Source: Entomortierella parvispora E1425 | Lineage: Eukaryota; Fungi; Mortierellomycota | NCBI GenBank assembly: GCA_020891255.1 | Contig: BQFW01000012.1 | Location: forward strand, 1,860,001-1,924,000 | Direction: 5' to 3' | DNA: 64,000 bases | In this document: positions 35,701 through 49,358 of the stretch, piece after piece | How the letters are laid out: every line of letters starts with the position of its first letter | Numbering within the stretch: the stretch's first letter is position 1 | The notes under the pieces: model-generated | The model's database searches: none | What the model was told of the DNA's origin: nothing | What the model saw: only the letters and a program-made list of their open reading frames with translations | Translations under genes and position numbers: made by a program

Positions 35701-37814
35701 GTAAAGGTGGATTCTCCACTAATGTCTTCAAGAAGGGAGCCGTCTTGCATGATCCCAACCTTGTGAATGACGAAGAGGTCCTCGCCGGTGCTTCCGCCTC
35801 GACCATCAACTCGGCAGTCGAACCGCGAGCTGTACATGAAGCAGGCAAGAACGTCGGCGAGAAGGATGCGCTTGATGTTGAGGTCCGCGACATGGACATG
35901 GCCAAGGGATCGGTGTTTACTTGGGAGAACCTTGACTACGTGGTTCCTTACAAGGCAGACCCCTCGGGAAAGAAGCAGCTGTTGACAAACATTGCCGGTT
36001 TGGTGAAGCCCGGTACTATGACAGCCTTGATGGGATCCTCTGGCGCCGGAAAGACAACTCTTTTGGATGTTTTGGGTCAGCGCAAGAATATTGGTACGAT
36101 CACAGGAACGGTCGAGGTCGATGGCGAGGCCCTTCGCCTGGACTTTCAGCGTACGACAGGATATTGTGAGCAATTGGATGTTCATGTTCCTCAGGCCACT
36201 GTCCGTGAGGCTCTCCAGTTCTCTGCCTACCTTCGTCAACCCGCCAACATCTCTGAGGCCGAAAAGAATGCCTACGTGGAGGAGATTATTCACATTTTGG
36301 AAATGGAGAATATCGCTGACGCTATTATCGGTACAACTGAATCTGGACTTGGTATCTCGGTTGAGGAACGCAAGCGTTTGACGATCGGAGTCGAACTGGT
36401 CGCTAAGCCCAAGCTGTTGTTCCTGGACGAACCTACATCTGGACTGGACGCCCAGGCTTCCTACAACATCATGCGATTCATGAGAAAGTTGACAGATCAA
36501 GGTCAGGCTATCCTGTGCACTATCCATCAGCCCTCATCCCAGCTGTTTGCCTTCTTTGACGATCTCTTGCTTCTTGCCAAGAGCGGTCGTACAGTCTACT
36601 TTGGCGATCTTGGCCCTGATTCCGCAGAGTTGATTCACTACTTTGAGAAGAACGGCGCACCCAAGTGCGCTGCTGATGCCAATCCTGCAGAGTACATCCT
36701 CGATGTCGTCAATGCTCGCCACTCCGGCTTGAACTGGCCCGAGATCTGGGATGAGTCGCCAGAAAAGGTGCACCTTTTAAACACCATCCAGGCTACACGC
36801 AAGAACGTTGGTGCTTCCGGCTCAACCTCGACTACCTCTACAGCCGAGGAGGCTCTCGAGTACGCTTGTGGAGAGCGCCAGCAGTTCAAGTACGTGTACC
36901 GTCGTATGAACAGGACTTTCTGGCGTATTCCTCAGTACAACTTTGGTCGTGTCTTCATGATGATTGTTTTTGCGCTCCTGAACGGATTCTCGTTCTTCAA
37001 GCTGGGCTCTTCCAAGATTGATCTTCAGTCCCGTGTGTTCGTCGTCTTCCAGATCATGGTCATGGCAGCCATGTTGGTCAACATGGTCCAGCCTCGCTTC
37101 CATATGGAACGCCAATGGTACTACCGTGAATTGGCGGGCAAGTACTATGGCTGGAGACCTTTTGCGTTTTCGATCTTGTTGGTGGAGTTTCCTTATGTCG
37201 TCTTGGCCGCCACAGTTTTCTTCCTGTGCTTCTACTGGACCACAGGCATGGTTTCATCCTCGATCCTGACATTCTATACCTGGTTGATGCTGATCGTCTT
37301 CTGTCTATTTGCCATCTCGTTGGGACAAGTCATTGCCGCGTTTACACCATCGAGTCAGGTTGCTGCTTTGTTGAACCCGTTCATTTTCTCGTTCCTGAAC
37401 TTGTTCTGCGGTGTCATGATGCCTTACAGCTCGATGGGTAAATTCTGGAGAAGCTGGATGTTCTGGCTGGACCCTTACCATTACATCATTGAAGGTTTGG
37501 TCGCTGCCCAATTGCACAATGTCCCGGTCCATTGCAACAGCGATGAATACTCGGTCTTTAATCCACCCTTGGGTCAGACCTGCGGTAACTACTTGGCTGA
37601 ATACATGAAGACCGCGACGGGTTATCTCGACAACCCTTCGGCTACAGCGGATTGCCGCTACTGCCAGTACGCGCTCGGACAAGACTTCTACGAAACATTG
37701 AACTTTGACTTTGCACATTGCTGGCGCAACTTGGGCATCCTGTGCATCTACTTTGTCTTCAACATCTGTGCGGTCTTGATCGGCATTCGCTTCCTTAGAT
37801 GGGATCGACGATAA
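32796..37814 (+). CDS. Full-size PDR-type ABCG transporter (NBD-TMD)2, SNQ2/BcatrB-like, multi-exon
   Basis: Degenerate NBD1 Walker A GRPGAGCSTLL with ISGGERKRLSI; NBD2 GSSGAGKTTLL with ISVEERKRLTIGVEL and LFLDEPTSGLD; PDR_CDR extracellular loop CSLAGSEAG; two TMDs. Confidence 0.95.
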
Positions 37815-38223
37815 GTCAGGGATCCCCGTTTTAGCTTCCCCAGACTCTTTCGTTCAATCTCTTTATTATCTTCAAACGCTAGATGACCCCCACACAAAAA
37901 GTACATAAAAATACCAATTGCCGTTGCCAATGCTGTCCGTCTACTATTGTTTGCACTTGCACAAGAGAGGGGGTGCTTGAGTGAGGATTCGACTCTGGCG
38001 ATCGCAAAAGAGAGAGAGAAAAAGACCGACGCTCGAGCACTCACTCGCACACGGTCCACACCCCGGTTGGCTGTGGGTAAAATCAACCGCGGTCCGGAAC
38101 ACAGGGAACGCCAAAGTGAGCAAATCTGTCCCCTGTGTGGGGCGGCATTCCTTCTCTCTCTTCCCCATTCTCTTTCCTCTTCCTTTCATTCTTCTGTTCC
38201 TCCATCCACACCGCCATTCCCTC

Positions 38224-39890
38224 ATGACATCCCTCTCCACCAACAAGCGTCTCGAGCAGATCAAGGACCACATTGCTGGTAAAACCCGTCTCTTGCTCGC
38301 TCGCCGAACGCGATGATGTCGCTGCATTCAAGTGCTCTTCACTAAACAAACTTATTCTTCAACCGTTGTTGCGTTTCTCAGGGCGACACTCCCTTCGCGA
38401 ACGACTTATCCACCACAGACATCCTGATGATGTCGTGATTGTCTCGTAAGGCTACAACTCCCTATACCTTTCTCTCTCTCCTCTTGCTTTGTCTATGAAT
38501 GGTTGCCGAGCGATTAAAACTCACTCACTCAACAACATTCACCGCAACCCTAGTGCTGTCCGAACGGCCATCTGCAGGGCTGGCAAGGGCGGGTTCAAAG
38601 ACATGTACCCCGAAGACCTCTTGGCAGTCATCTTGCGCGCCGCGGCCGAGAAGGCCAAGCTGGACCCAGCCCTCGTCAACGATATTCAGACAGGAAATGT
38701 CCTTCAAGAACTCGGTGGCATCAAGGTCGGTCGTGCGGCTATGTTCTCGGCTGGCTTCCCTTATACCACAACCTACGCTGTCCTGAACCGCCAATGCTCC
38801 TCGGGATTGCAGGCCTGCAGTTATGTCGCAAATGCTATTCGTGCTGGAGAGATTGATATCGGCATTGGAGCTGGTGTGGAATCGATGACCCATGACTACG
38901 GTTCAAAATCCATGCCCAAGAGAATCTCGCCCGCGATCAAGGCGGGACCTGGAGCAGCCGATTGCTTTGTACCCATGGGTATCACCTCTGAGAATGTCGC
39001 CAGCGATTTCGGTATCAGTCGGGAAGACCAGGACAAGTTCTCAGTCGAGTCTCATGAAAAGGCATTGAAGGCTCAAGCCCAGGGATTGTTCGATGCCGAG
39101 ATTGTGCCCGTCAAGGTTCAACAAAAGATTGTCATCAAGAAGGAGGGCGAGCCAGATCGGGAAGAGATTCGCGAAGTGATTATCTCCAAGGATGAGGGAC
39201 CCCGTGCAGGATCGACCGTGGAAAAGTTGAGCAAGCTCAAGCCTGTCTTTAAGAAGGATGGCTCGACCACGGCTGGAAACGCCTCTCAGGTCTCGGACGG
39301 TGCAGCGGCAGTTGTGTTGATGCGAAGAAGCAAAGCTGAGGAGTTGGGTTGCAAGATCTTGGCCCGTTGGTGTGGCGCTCGCGTGGTTGGTTGTCCTCCC
39401 AGAATCATGGGTATTGGCCCAGCGGTTGCTATTCCCGCTGTTCTGAAGGATGTGGGACTCCACGTGGACGATGTGGACATCTATGAGATCAACGAGGCTT
39501 TTGCGTCGCAGGCCCTTTTCAGTGTTCGCCATTTGGATATCAAGGCCGAGAAGGTTAACCCCAAGGGAGGTGCCATCGCCCTTGGCCATGTAAGTGGATG
39601 ATCTGCTCATGATGGTGGCATAATGCTATGGTCTTTTATTGACCAGAATTCCTTCTCTAGCCCTTGGGAATGACAGGCGCGCGCCAAATGGCAACTCTGA
39701 TCTCTCAGTTGCACCACACCAAGGAGAAGATTGGCGTGATCTCAATGTGCTACGGTATTGGAGGGGTAAGTAGCCTTGGCAAGCCTGATCTATGAAAGTA
39801 CGGTGAGGAAGGTATGGACTGACAATCTGTCTATCTCTTTTTTTTTCTTGCCAGGGCATGGCTGCGGTGATTGTCAGCGAACAGGAGTAG
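38224..39890 (+). CDS. POT1: Peroxisomal 3-ketoacyl-CoA thiolase (Pot1/Fox3) with a PTS2-like signal
   Basis: N-terminal RLEQIKDHI (PTS2-like), VVIVSAVRT, NRQCSSGLQA (catalytic Cys), EINEAF, GAIALGH|PLG, SMC.G.G. Confidence 0.93.
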
Positions 39891-40110
39891 GCGAACAACG
39901 CCACCAATTTTGATTTTTCCCAAATAAAAAAAGCGGTTCACATTCATGACTTTGCCTTCATTCCGTCCGTCCATCCACACCCACTGTCTGCTGCATGTCC
40001 ATGCGGTTAGACCTGCCGCATTGCCAGCCTTCGAGTACCTAAACTCACATTCGACCGAGTTTGACTTTGCATTACCATTACCACCCCCTTCACATTAACA
40101 ACCCCTTTGC

Positions 40111-41426
40111 ATGGCTTCCTCGACCCTGGACCTTGTGTCCAACTTTTCTTGCCTCACCTCGAAAAACAACCACGAGGAGGCCATGAAAATGTTGAAAAAG
40201 GTCGCCACAATGGTAAAGTCACTTACTTCCAAGATCACTCTCTCTATCTCTCTTCATCTCATCCTGTCTTGTTGAACTCAAGTTCTTGATGACTGTGTAC
40301 GTTATCTCATTTTGTTTTTCTTTCCAAAATTGCGCAGGTCCGACCTATCATGAAAGCCCACGGCTGGAAGATCACTCATCTAGAAGAGTTTTTCAGGAAA
40401 GGGCTCCTCGGCATGAATACAAACCGTGGCTGGAAGATCCAACTCTGTTTACGATACCACAATGACGAGAACCGATTTTTACCCTGGGAAGAGATCTTGG
40501 GAACCATGTTGCACGAGCTGGCTCATAACATTCGGGGACCTCACGACGAAAAGTTTTACAAGGCCCTGAATGACTTGAATGATGAATATGACAAAGTCGT
40601 CGCTTCTGGATACAAGGGCGAAGGATTCGATGCCGATGGTCACCGGCTCGGTTCTCGAGGATTACGACCTACTACAGGAGGGTTTGGTTCTGGATTCAAG
40701 GATTTGGGCGCTGGCGTTCGTTTAATTGGCGGTCCTGTGGCGGCAGAAGGATTGGTCACAGGAGGCACACGCGCAGCAGCTGTTCTGGCAGCCGAAAAGC
40801 GCAGGCAAAAGAACGAGCTGATGTTGCCAGCTGGAGGAAGACGACTGGGAGGTGGTCCAGGACCTGGCGGAAACGAAAGTCTGGCTGGCTCAGGAGGCAA
40901 GTTGAACGAGAAGGGATTCTGGGAGCAGTGGCACAGTCCAGGAGAGCTAGCTGCACTCGCAGCAGAGCAGCGTGCCAAGGACCAGGTTTGGTGTGGTTCG
41001 TCCAACTCCTCATCCAACAGTGAAGTGGAAGGCGTAACTACTTTCAAGTCTCCATCTCATCAAACATCGACATCGTCGACACCATCCAGTCCGAGATCAA
41101 CTGTCCAGGATAGGAAACCTATTGCCCCAACCACCAAGCCATCAACTGCAACCGCATCCTCCTCGTCCTCTACCACTCCAAGACGACCAGACCCCGTTAA
41201 GCGCGCTGTAGTCCCTGTCGTCGACCTGACAGGAGATGCATCCGCGTCTGCGTCAAATATACCATCGACGAAAAAGCCCAAAATAGCTCCTTCCAGTCCT
41301 CCAAGGCCGCAGGAGCACACTCAGCAGGAGCAGAACAACTGGACTGAGTGGACCTGTCCGGCTTGTACACTCGTAAACCGACCTCTTGCTCTCCAATGTG
41401 AATGTTGTTTGTCAGTGCGGCCATAG
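40111..41426 (+). CDS. WSS1: Wss1 DNA-protein crosslink metalloprotease (WLM domain, Cdc48-binding motifs, SIM, RanBP2 zinc finger)
   Basis: LLGMNTNRGWKIQLCLR, HELAHNIRGPH (HExxH..H), SHP-like GFDADGHRLG, VIM RAAAVLAAEKR, SIM VVDLT, WTCPACTLVNRPLALQCECC. Confidence 0.92.
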
Positions 41427-41879
41427 TCTCTTTAAATATTCCTTGTAACATTAAAACGAAAAGAATGTACGGCGTTCTGGTGACAGTACGAATTCATACT
41501 TTCGCTCCATTCAGTGACAACCCTTGCGGAGCAAACTGTTGGAGGCAAGAGATGACGACTTGTATTCTAATAGACATTGGAATGCTTTTTTTTTTTTGGT
41601 GACATGCTGATTTATTGTTTAGAGTGTCGATAACTCGCAGAGGACGCGGTAGTGGTGGCTTGAGTAACAATGATGAAGTAGTAATATAGTACAAAACGAT
41701 CGTGCTCGATAATAAAACAAAAAGAGAATGCAGGAGAGGGAAATATATAAAACAGAAAATGCGATGGAGGGAGAAACAAAGATACCGATCGAGGGTGTTG
41801 AACAGAAAAGTAAAGAAATGAGGGGAATCATCAGTATCAAGAGTGTTCAATGGAGGAGAGGAGGAGAGGCGACGATGAC

Positions 41880-43017
41880 TTAGAAGGTCTTCTTGGATCC
41901 AGAGAATCCGCCGAAGCCGCCACGGCCACCACGGCCGCCGCGGTCACCACCGAAACCACCGCGTCCACCACCGAAACCGCCACGACCACCACGACCACCA
42001 CGGCCGCCACGGTCACCACCGAAACCGCCACGTCCACCACGGCCTCCACGTCCACCACCGAATCCGTTACCCTCGGGCTTCTTGCCGGCGAAATCCAAAC
42101 GGCAAGGGCGACCAGCGAGCTCGGTTCCGTTGAAGGCAACAGCAGCCTTGGCCTCCTCGACGGAAGAGAACTGGATGTAACCGAAACCCTTGGCCTGACC
42201 GGTCTCGCGGTCAGTGGGGAGACGGACAGAGATGATCTCACCGCACTCGGCGAAAGCGTTGCGCAAATCATCCTCGGAAGCCTGGAAAGACAAGTTACCG
42301 ACGAAAAGGGTGTCGGAAGCATCACCAGTAGGGCCGTTGTTGAAAGACTTGGCACCAGCCTCCTTCTTGGGGCGGGACTCCGAGAGATCAACACGGATGG
42401 CACGGCCATCGATTTCCTTTCCAGCCAAGGCCAAAGCGGCGTTGGCACCCTCAGCGTTGGCAAACTCGACGTAAGCGAAACTATTGTTGTGAAAAAAAGG
42501 GAGAAGTCAGCAATTGGACAATTTGTATGACCAAGCATTCCTCTAAGCTTGGAAACAAAAAAAAAAAAAATCAAAAATTAACTTACCCCTTGGAGCGCTG
42601 GGAGTCGCGGTCAGTGATGACACGGACATCGAGGATCTCACCGCACTCGGTGAACTCGGTGCGGAGCCAGTCGTTGTCGACGTTCCAGGACAAACCACCG
42701 ACAAAGACGGTGGCAGAGGCAGCGGGCTCCTCAGTCTTGGACTTCTTGACGGGGGTCTCCTCCTCAACGGCATCGGCCTTGCGCTTGCTCGACTCGGAGT
42801 CGGAGCTGGCAGCAGACTCCTTGGCCTCCTCCTCATCAGAGTCAGAGTCAGAGTCAGAGGACTCCTCCTTCTCCTCCTCCTTCTCGGAATCAGATGACTC
42901 GGAGGCAGAGGATTCGGAATCAGATGAGGACTCGACGGCCTTCTTCTCGACCTTGGCAGACTTGGTATCAGCCTTGGCAGCCTTGGCGGAGGACTTGATA
43001 GCAACGGACTTGGCCAT
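41880..43017 (-). CDS. NSR1: Nucleolin-like Nsr1/Gar2 (acidic/Ser N-terminus, two RRMs, RGG tail), one intron
   Basis: RNP2/RNP1 motifs VFVGGLSWNV, SKG|FAYVEF, LFVGNLSF and KGFGYIQF; long RGG repeat ending GSKKTF. Confidence 0.95.
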
Positions 43018-44224
43018 TATGTATATATGGAGGGGTGGTGAGGGGAAAGGGGAGGGGAAAGTTGGAAGGGAGAGAGAGAAGGAACAAAATGAAAAGGTCT
43101 ATCAGGCGTATCTTAAGGCACAGGCAGAGAAGGAAAAAAAAGAAAAAAAAAGAAAAATATACGGCAGTCACATGTTGTAAACAAGGGTTGTGTGGTTCTG
43201 CAGCAACCGCGATGTTGTCGTGTACACGACGCGCTCTCTTTTTTTTTTTTTTTTTTTTTTTTTGTGCGAGCAACAAAGAGCACTGGATCCCGAAGCGAGA
43301 GCTCTTCTACAAAGGTCCAGTCTTCTGCAAGTCCACACCCCTGAGCTAACTGATAAGGCGAGGTAACATGGTCAAGGCTAGGAAGCACCAGGAGCCATAT
43401 ATTACTTGAACGCAAAGCTTCCATAGTGGAAAGCACCAAGGGCGAGCGACAAGAGGCGCAATGCCAGAAAGCTGTTGTAGCTTCTCCTCCATCTACAACC
43501 TCCATTAAAGTGCACGATGTTAATAGTTAATATTATCCGTCTTTACCAGATATATATAACAGCCACGCAGAGCGACCGAGTGATAGAGTGATGGACAGTG
43601 GAGTGGAGGGTGGAGGGTGCCCCACGGAGAGGAGAGGTTGCAGTGAAGATGTCGGTAGGTCAGAAACTGGCACTTCCTTCTACAGTGGCAACTTGGAACC
43701 CATTTTGCTAGGCTCCCACCTGCCCTTCAAGTCGTCCACATGACTGGTCAATTGGTGCTCTGATTCGCGCTTTGTAGGTCACGGTGACGTATGACCACAG
43801 TTGCATCCTGGTAGGCACCAGACTCTCATCAAACTGCTGCATCGATTGTGTTCTTGCAAGGGGAGTTCAGAAACAGATATCCATAACGGGCCATACGCGT
43901 CGGTCTGAGGGGGACGGAAACAAGGTAGAGTGGCTGTGCGTCTAAAGCTCGAAGGCACTGACGACATGGTCCCTCAATCTTGTTTTTTGTATGTGTCTCC
44001 GTCCCCCCGATGTATCAGATCTCGACAGCACAGGTAAGCATCTTTCTCCCTTACGGCGTCGCGGATCATCTGTCCGCAGGAGAAGGCCAGGCCAGGAGTG
44101 GGTCAGCGCATTGCCATCCTCGACACAGACAGCTGGCCAGCAACGAGCGCTGACTCGCACTCAGATCCCGTTCCGCACACCCTCGCTCAGATGCTCGCTC
44201 TGCCCATTCCCAGTACGACCCTGG

Positions 44225-44250
44225 CCAATCAGACGAGAGCTTATGACGTA
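44225..44250 (+). promoter_or_regulatory. CCAAT box and ATGACGT (M26/CRE-type Atf1 site) upstream of atf1
   Basis: ggccaatcag...ttatgacgta; a second TGACGTA lies at 43785-43791. Confidence 0.4.
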
Positions 44251-45346
44251 GTTTTTTTTAGCTTTGAACATGGCACACCTTTCCGCACTTTCACACCTTT
44301 GTTCGCTTCTCCTCCCTACATTCACCCTTCCTTCAACCATTCCTCCTTAGCCTTCACTGCATCGCATCGCATCGCATCGCATCTTAGCTCCCCTCTCTCT
44401 CTTTCTCTTCTTCCCTCCTGTCCATTCCAGCTTGGCCTTGACTCTTCTTGTCTTTACTCCTCGACCCACCTTTTGTAGGTAAGAGCTAACTCTCTTATGT
44501 CTCTCTCTCACTTCTGTTTCTCCGAGACAGAAGTTTTGGTCCCCTGTTCACTGCGTTTTGCCGGCCTTCCCGGTCTTGGCTTGTGTTATGGCAACATCTT
44601 GCAGGGGCCATGCATCTCCCCCTGTTTTCTTTCATGGACTGGTCGGATGAATGAATGGATGGTTGGGTACATGTGTGTGTGTTTGTTCGCAGACCGCAAA
44701 ACAAGCAAGAGCGCTCTCGCGTGGAGAGTGTGCAATGAATTCATTTCGTCATTGTGCTTCTGCGCTCTCTTGTGTCTCTCCCCCCTCCTTTCCTGGTTCT
44801 TTCCTCCTTCTCTTGCAACGGACATCATCAACAAAAACACAAACACACACTCTCTCTCTTCCCCCCTCTCCATCCCCCTCTTCTCAATCGCGCAAGGGCG
44901 CTTCGTTCTGCCTCTTTCTCTTCTTTCCCTTTTTCTCCCTGTTGAGCTGAGAGCGGCCTCCTGCGCACTTCCCAGCCCTTACAACTTCATCCTTCTTAGG
45001 TATATGTCATGTCTGTCCGATTGCCTGAAGAGGAAGAAGCAGTAGACTTGAGCATTGCTTTCCTTCTTTTGTTTCTCATTCTCAATTTCTCGGTCTAGCG
45101 AAAGAGAGAAGAAAAAGAAAAAGACGCGACCCCTTCTATCTCTCCCTTTCCCTCCCTCAATCTTCCTTTATGAACGAAACGTAAAGGGTTCATACTTGGC
45201 CATATGACTAACAGCAGATGCTCCTTCTCCTCTTCTGATGATATTGCTAGAACGATCTCTCAAGAAAAAGAAACAAACAAGAAAGCAAACCTCCGTTTTT
45301 GCATCTAGCGTATTTGCCAGGAGAACTCTGAAAACAAAGGAAAACA

Positions 45347-47173
45347 ATGACAACTGTTGGTACTCTCTCTACAGACCTTGGCCCAGGTATGTTTTCTTGC
45401 CGTATTTTTTTCTCTTTTTTTATCGAGAGGGAGAGAGAAAGAGAGAGAAAGAGAGAATGTCAACAACTTGAGAGCTATTACTCAACTTTTGTCCACCGAT
45501 GATTCCTTTAGACGACAACAAGTTGGAAAGGGCTTCAAACAACGCCGGAGGATTCTTGCAAGTGACCACAAAATTGGATATGGAACCCAACCCTTTTGAA
45601 CAAAGCTTTTCTGGCTTGAGTCCTGAGCAACAGCAGGCTGCTACCGCCGCCGCCGTCGCTGCTGCTGCTGCTGCGGGAGGAAACATCAACGCAACATCTA
45701 CTGCTGCTGCTGTGGCCGCCGCCGCAGGGGTCAACTCGGAAACATCCAACAAGCCCGTTTTGCCCCCGATTGAAGCCATGTCGGGTCGATTGGCTGTCTC
45801 GAGTGGAGGGGATCAATACAATGGATGGGATGCTCCATCGTTAAGGATGGGCCCTCTTTCCCCCTCCATGCTGGAGGGTCCTCAAAACCCAATCACGGTC
45901 GTTTCGAGCGGTGCCGCGGTTTCGTCTGCCATCTTTACCTCTGGAGCAGATGGCTTGGCGCCACAGCAGCAACACCATGCGCCCTTACCAGTGACCGTTG
46001 ATAATGGATTCCCGTTCTTGACCAATGCCCCTACCCATGGTCCTCATATTGTGGGTGGAGCCACCATTCAGACCACGGAATCCTATCAGCCTCAAATGTA
46101 CAGTCAAATCTCTCAGATGCGGCAGCAACCCCAAGGAGTATCACGGCCAATGGGCTCAGTTCAGCAACAACATCCGCAGTACGCACAGCATCCAAACGGC
46201 CAATTACAAGAACGCTACATGGCCCCAGCTGCAAATGACCATCACGGGGATTACAGTAACCTTCATCTTTTGAGTCAGGCGACTCAGCGGGAGATGTGGA
46301 TCAAGCGCGAAAGCATGGATGCTGGTCATCTTCAGCAACAGCAGCAACAACAGCAACAACAGCGTCTTGGTCATCCTCAGAATGGCATGCTTGGTATGGC
46401 AGGTGGCCCTCAGCAACAGCAACAACATCTTCAACAGCAACAGAAGCAACAGCAGCCTTCCAAGGAAAGTGTTGATTCTGGGCTAGCTCGTCATACTCGA
46501 ATGCAGTCCGAGGACAATCAAAGCGAGGATTCTGATCGGTCCAGACAATCAAGCGAGGGCGCCACCAGCAGCAATGGCAAGAAGCGTCCCGCAAGCGAAG
46601 ATAAAATGGACGATGAGGAAAAGAGAAGAAACTTTTTGGAAAGAAATCGTCAAGGTAAGGAAAAAAAATCATCTCTTCACAATCCTGGAGTTAGCAAAAT
46701 TGACATGGAGATGGTTGATCATCGTTTTACTAATTGAAACCTCATATACCCTCTCTTTCTCGTTCGTATCAGCCGCACTCAAATGTCGTCAGCGCAAAAA
46801 GCAGTGGTTGTCCAATTTACAGGCCAAGGTCGAGTACCTTTCGACGGACAATGATCATTTGCAGGCCCAGACCGCTTCCTTGAGGGACGAGATCATTCAT
46901 CTGAAGGCACTGCTCCTCGCCCACAAGGATTGTCCTGTGGCCCAGGCCAATGGAGTCTACTCGGAAAACATTCGGCCGCAATCTGGGACCGTCCCTCCTC
47001 CTCCCCATCTTTCGTCCGCGGTGGCAGGTACATCGCAAACACAGCAAAATAACCAGCGAAACACTATGAACGGCCATCGGCCGCCGCCTCAGATGCAAAC
47101 AGGTGGTGGTGGCCTTGTAGTCGGCGGTCATCCTAACATTCATGGACAAGTCCAGGCCAGTGTACGGTACTAA
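45347..47173 (+). CDS. atf1: Atf1/AtfA stress-response bZIP transcription factor; exons about 45347-45386, 45512-46654, 46772-47173
   Basis: Aft1 OSA motif KLDMEPNPFEQSF, HRR-like RMGPLSPSMLEGP, bZIP EKRRNFLERNRQ|AALKCRQRKKQWLSNLQAKVE...LLLAHKDC. Confidence 0.92.
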
Positions 47174-47585
47174 GCCCGCTTTCCTCGTTCTCCTTTACTG
47201 CCAATGAACAAAAGTGATGGTTAAAGCCCTCTCACTCGACATTCATCGGTTGTCTGTGGGCGATTTTCTCGTTTTAGACTCCCAAAATGTATCCTTCTGT
47301 CTAAACGAGATATCGTTGTATGCGTCAACTGCATTCTCCGGTTGCTTCTTAGTCCCCACGTTGTATTTCTATTCTTCCAAAATATCCTTGCATCAAATAA
47401 AAGAAAAAAGTCAGTCAAGTGCCTGCGGTGTTCTGGATGAGAAAAATGTTGAAAACAAGCGTATGGTGGTATCTATTGCAAAGCTGGGGGACAAATTATA
47501 AAGTCTAAGGGGAAAAGCGAACAAAAAAAAGGAACAAGGTGGATGGGATATGTGGGTAGATATAGGATTCTAACAAGAAAAGCAA

Positions 47586-49358
47586 TCATGAAAGGGGAAC
47601 TTCCTCCATGTCCATGGCGGCGGTCTTCTCAGCCGACTCTGCAGTGTAAAGGGTCTCCATCAACGACCCTGATTCACTCAAGGACATTGGCGGGCTTTTG
47701 ATCGTCAAGCTCTCAACAGCCATGGTCTCTGGAGACGTTGGTATCGTCATTGACTCGGTGATTGTGGCAGCGGTCGATATTGAGACCAAGGTGGCAGATG
47801 CAGTCTCAGTCATATCCATTTCCATATTCACCTCCAACTCCATGCTATCCTCATCGGTGTACATGGTCTCATGCTGATGCTGATATTTCTCCAGCTCCTC
47901 CTGAGAGATATGACGGCGTCCTCCATGGGAATAATGATGTCCTCCCTGACCACTTTCGAGATCCACATCTTGATCATCGCTGTCCATGTCGTCCCCATGA
48001 GGATGGTGATAATGGTTGTACGTCTGGCCCTCTTCCTCCTCATCACTGCTGCTGCTGTAATCCATCATCATGAGCTTTCTCCGGCGAAGCGTGCGGCCTT
48101 GATGGTGATCATCCTCCTCTTGCTCCCGTTTTGAGATTTCATTCATCTCATCCTCGTCCACATCCAAGTCCTCGTCCGAGTCAGAATCAGAGATCATTGG
48201 ATCGTGGTGAAGTCTTTGGCGCTGAAGACGGTTTCCGTATTCCAACTCATCCTCCGAAATTTCTTCATCTTCGTCTTCCTCCTCCTCTTCCTCGTCCTCA
48301 GAGAACTGGTCGTCACGGCTGATGCACTGACTTGACAGGGGCGAACGAGGTCTAGGGAACCAGGCTTGAACGTCCTTCCAGGACTTGACTCTGGTCACTT
48401 TTTCGGGCAACTCCTGTCCATCTGCCAGCTTGTTCCACTTGTAGCTTCCATTGAGATCAAACAGCAGGACTGGGATGCCGGCCTTGGAAACCTCAATTGC
48501 ATTCTCGAGAGAATCATCGATCAACAACTGAGCATGGACATCCCGACAAATAACGGACTTTGGCTTTGAGATAAATGTCATTTTCTCCTGCTCAGTCAGG
48601 AAGTGGTTCGCAAAGTAGATCGACTCAAAGATCCCGGGGTAATGACGATCCACAAACTTCTTTGTGAGATCCGCAACGAACTGCTGACGAGCCGTGACAA
48701 TCACAAGGCTAAACCTTCGAGACTTGAGAAGCTACAGAGCCAAAGGACAATAGTAGAAAAGGAGTGGGTGAGCAGCCTGTTCTCTGAAATTGAAGAGTTG
48801 TCGATCAGAAAGATCGGCTGGATGGACCAGCAATCCAGGCACGGAGAGGGAAGCATGATGATTGTCTACTGCAGCGAACCATCCATGCAGATTCAGTCAG
48901 TCTGCTCTCATTCACTCGTCTGTCCTCGCCCATTCCTGTTGTTGTTGTTTGCTAAACTATTCCCCTGCTGACTTGAGCCTCAGTAAAGCTCAGACAAAAA
49001 CATCTTCGGAGACACACACGCACGTCCACACAGCCTTCCATGTACAAAAAGAAGTGTGGGAGAAAAGAGTCGATCAAAAAGAGTTGAATCAATGTACCTT
49101 CAGAGTCTCCAGACTGCCTTCGACTGGCTCGACCTTGAGGAAGTAAGGGGAATCGAAGAAGGTTCTCCATTTGTTGATGGATTCCTCTCGGGTACCTCCC
49201 CAGATCTTTGTGTAGTCGTAGGAAATGAAATCGGTAAGGGTGAGAGTGGTGCCATAGGTAACATTGTGCCAGTCAGCAATGGCCAGCGAGGTCTTGGCCA
49301 GGACCTCGTCCAGGTCGACAGCAATGACCTTGCGAGGAGCGTTGGGCTGGTGGCGCAT
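47586..49358 (-). CDS. HAD-superfamily 5'(3')-deoxyribonucleotidase-like (NT5C-type) protein with a long acidic C-terminal tail; 2 exons
   Basis: Motif I VIAVDLDEVL, VEPVEGSLETLK, motif II IVTAR, motif IV LLIDDS, VTRVKSWKDV. Confidence 0.85.

Noticed and set aside
35655-36527. 290-aa minus-strand ORF
   Set aside because: Antisense to the ABC transporter NBD2 exon; no independent coding signal.
41850-42530. 226-aa plus-strand ORF and overlapping Pro/Arg-rich frames
   Set aside because: Antisense and alternative-frame shadows of the NSR1 RRM/RGG repeats.
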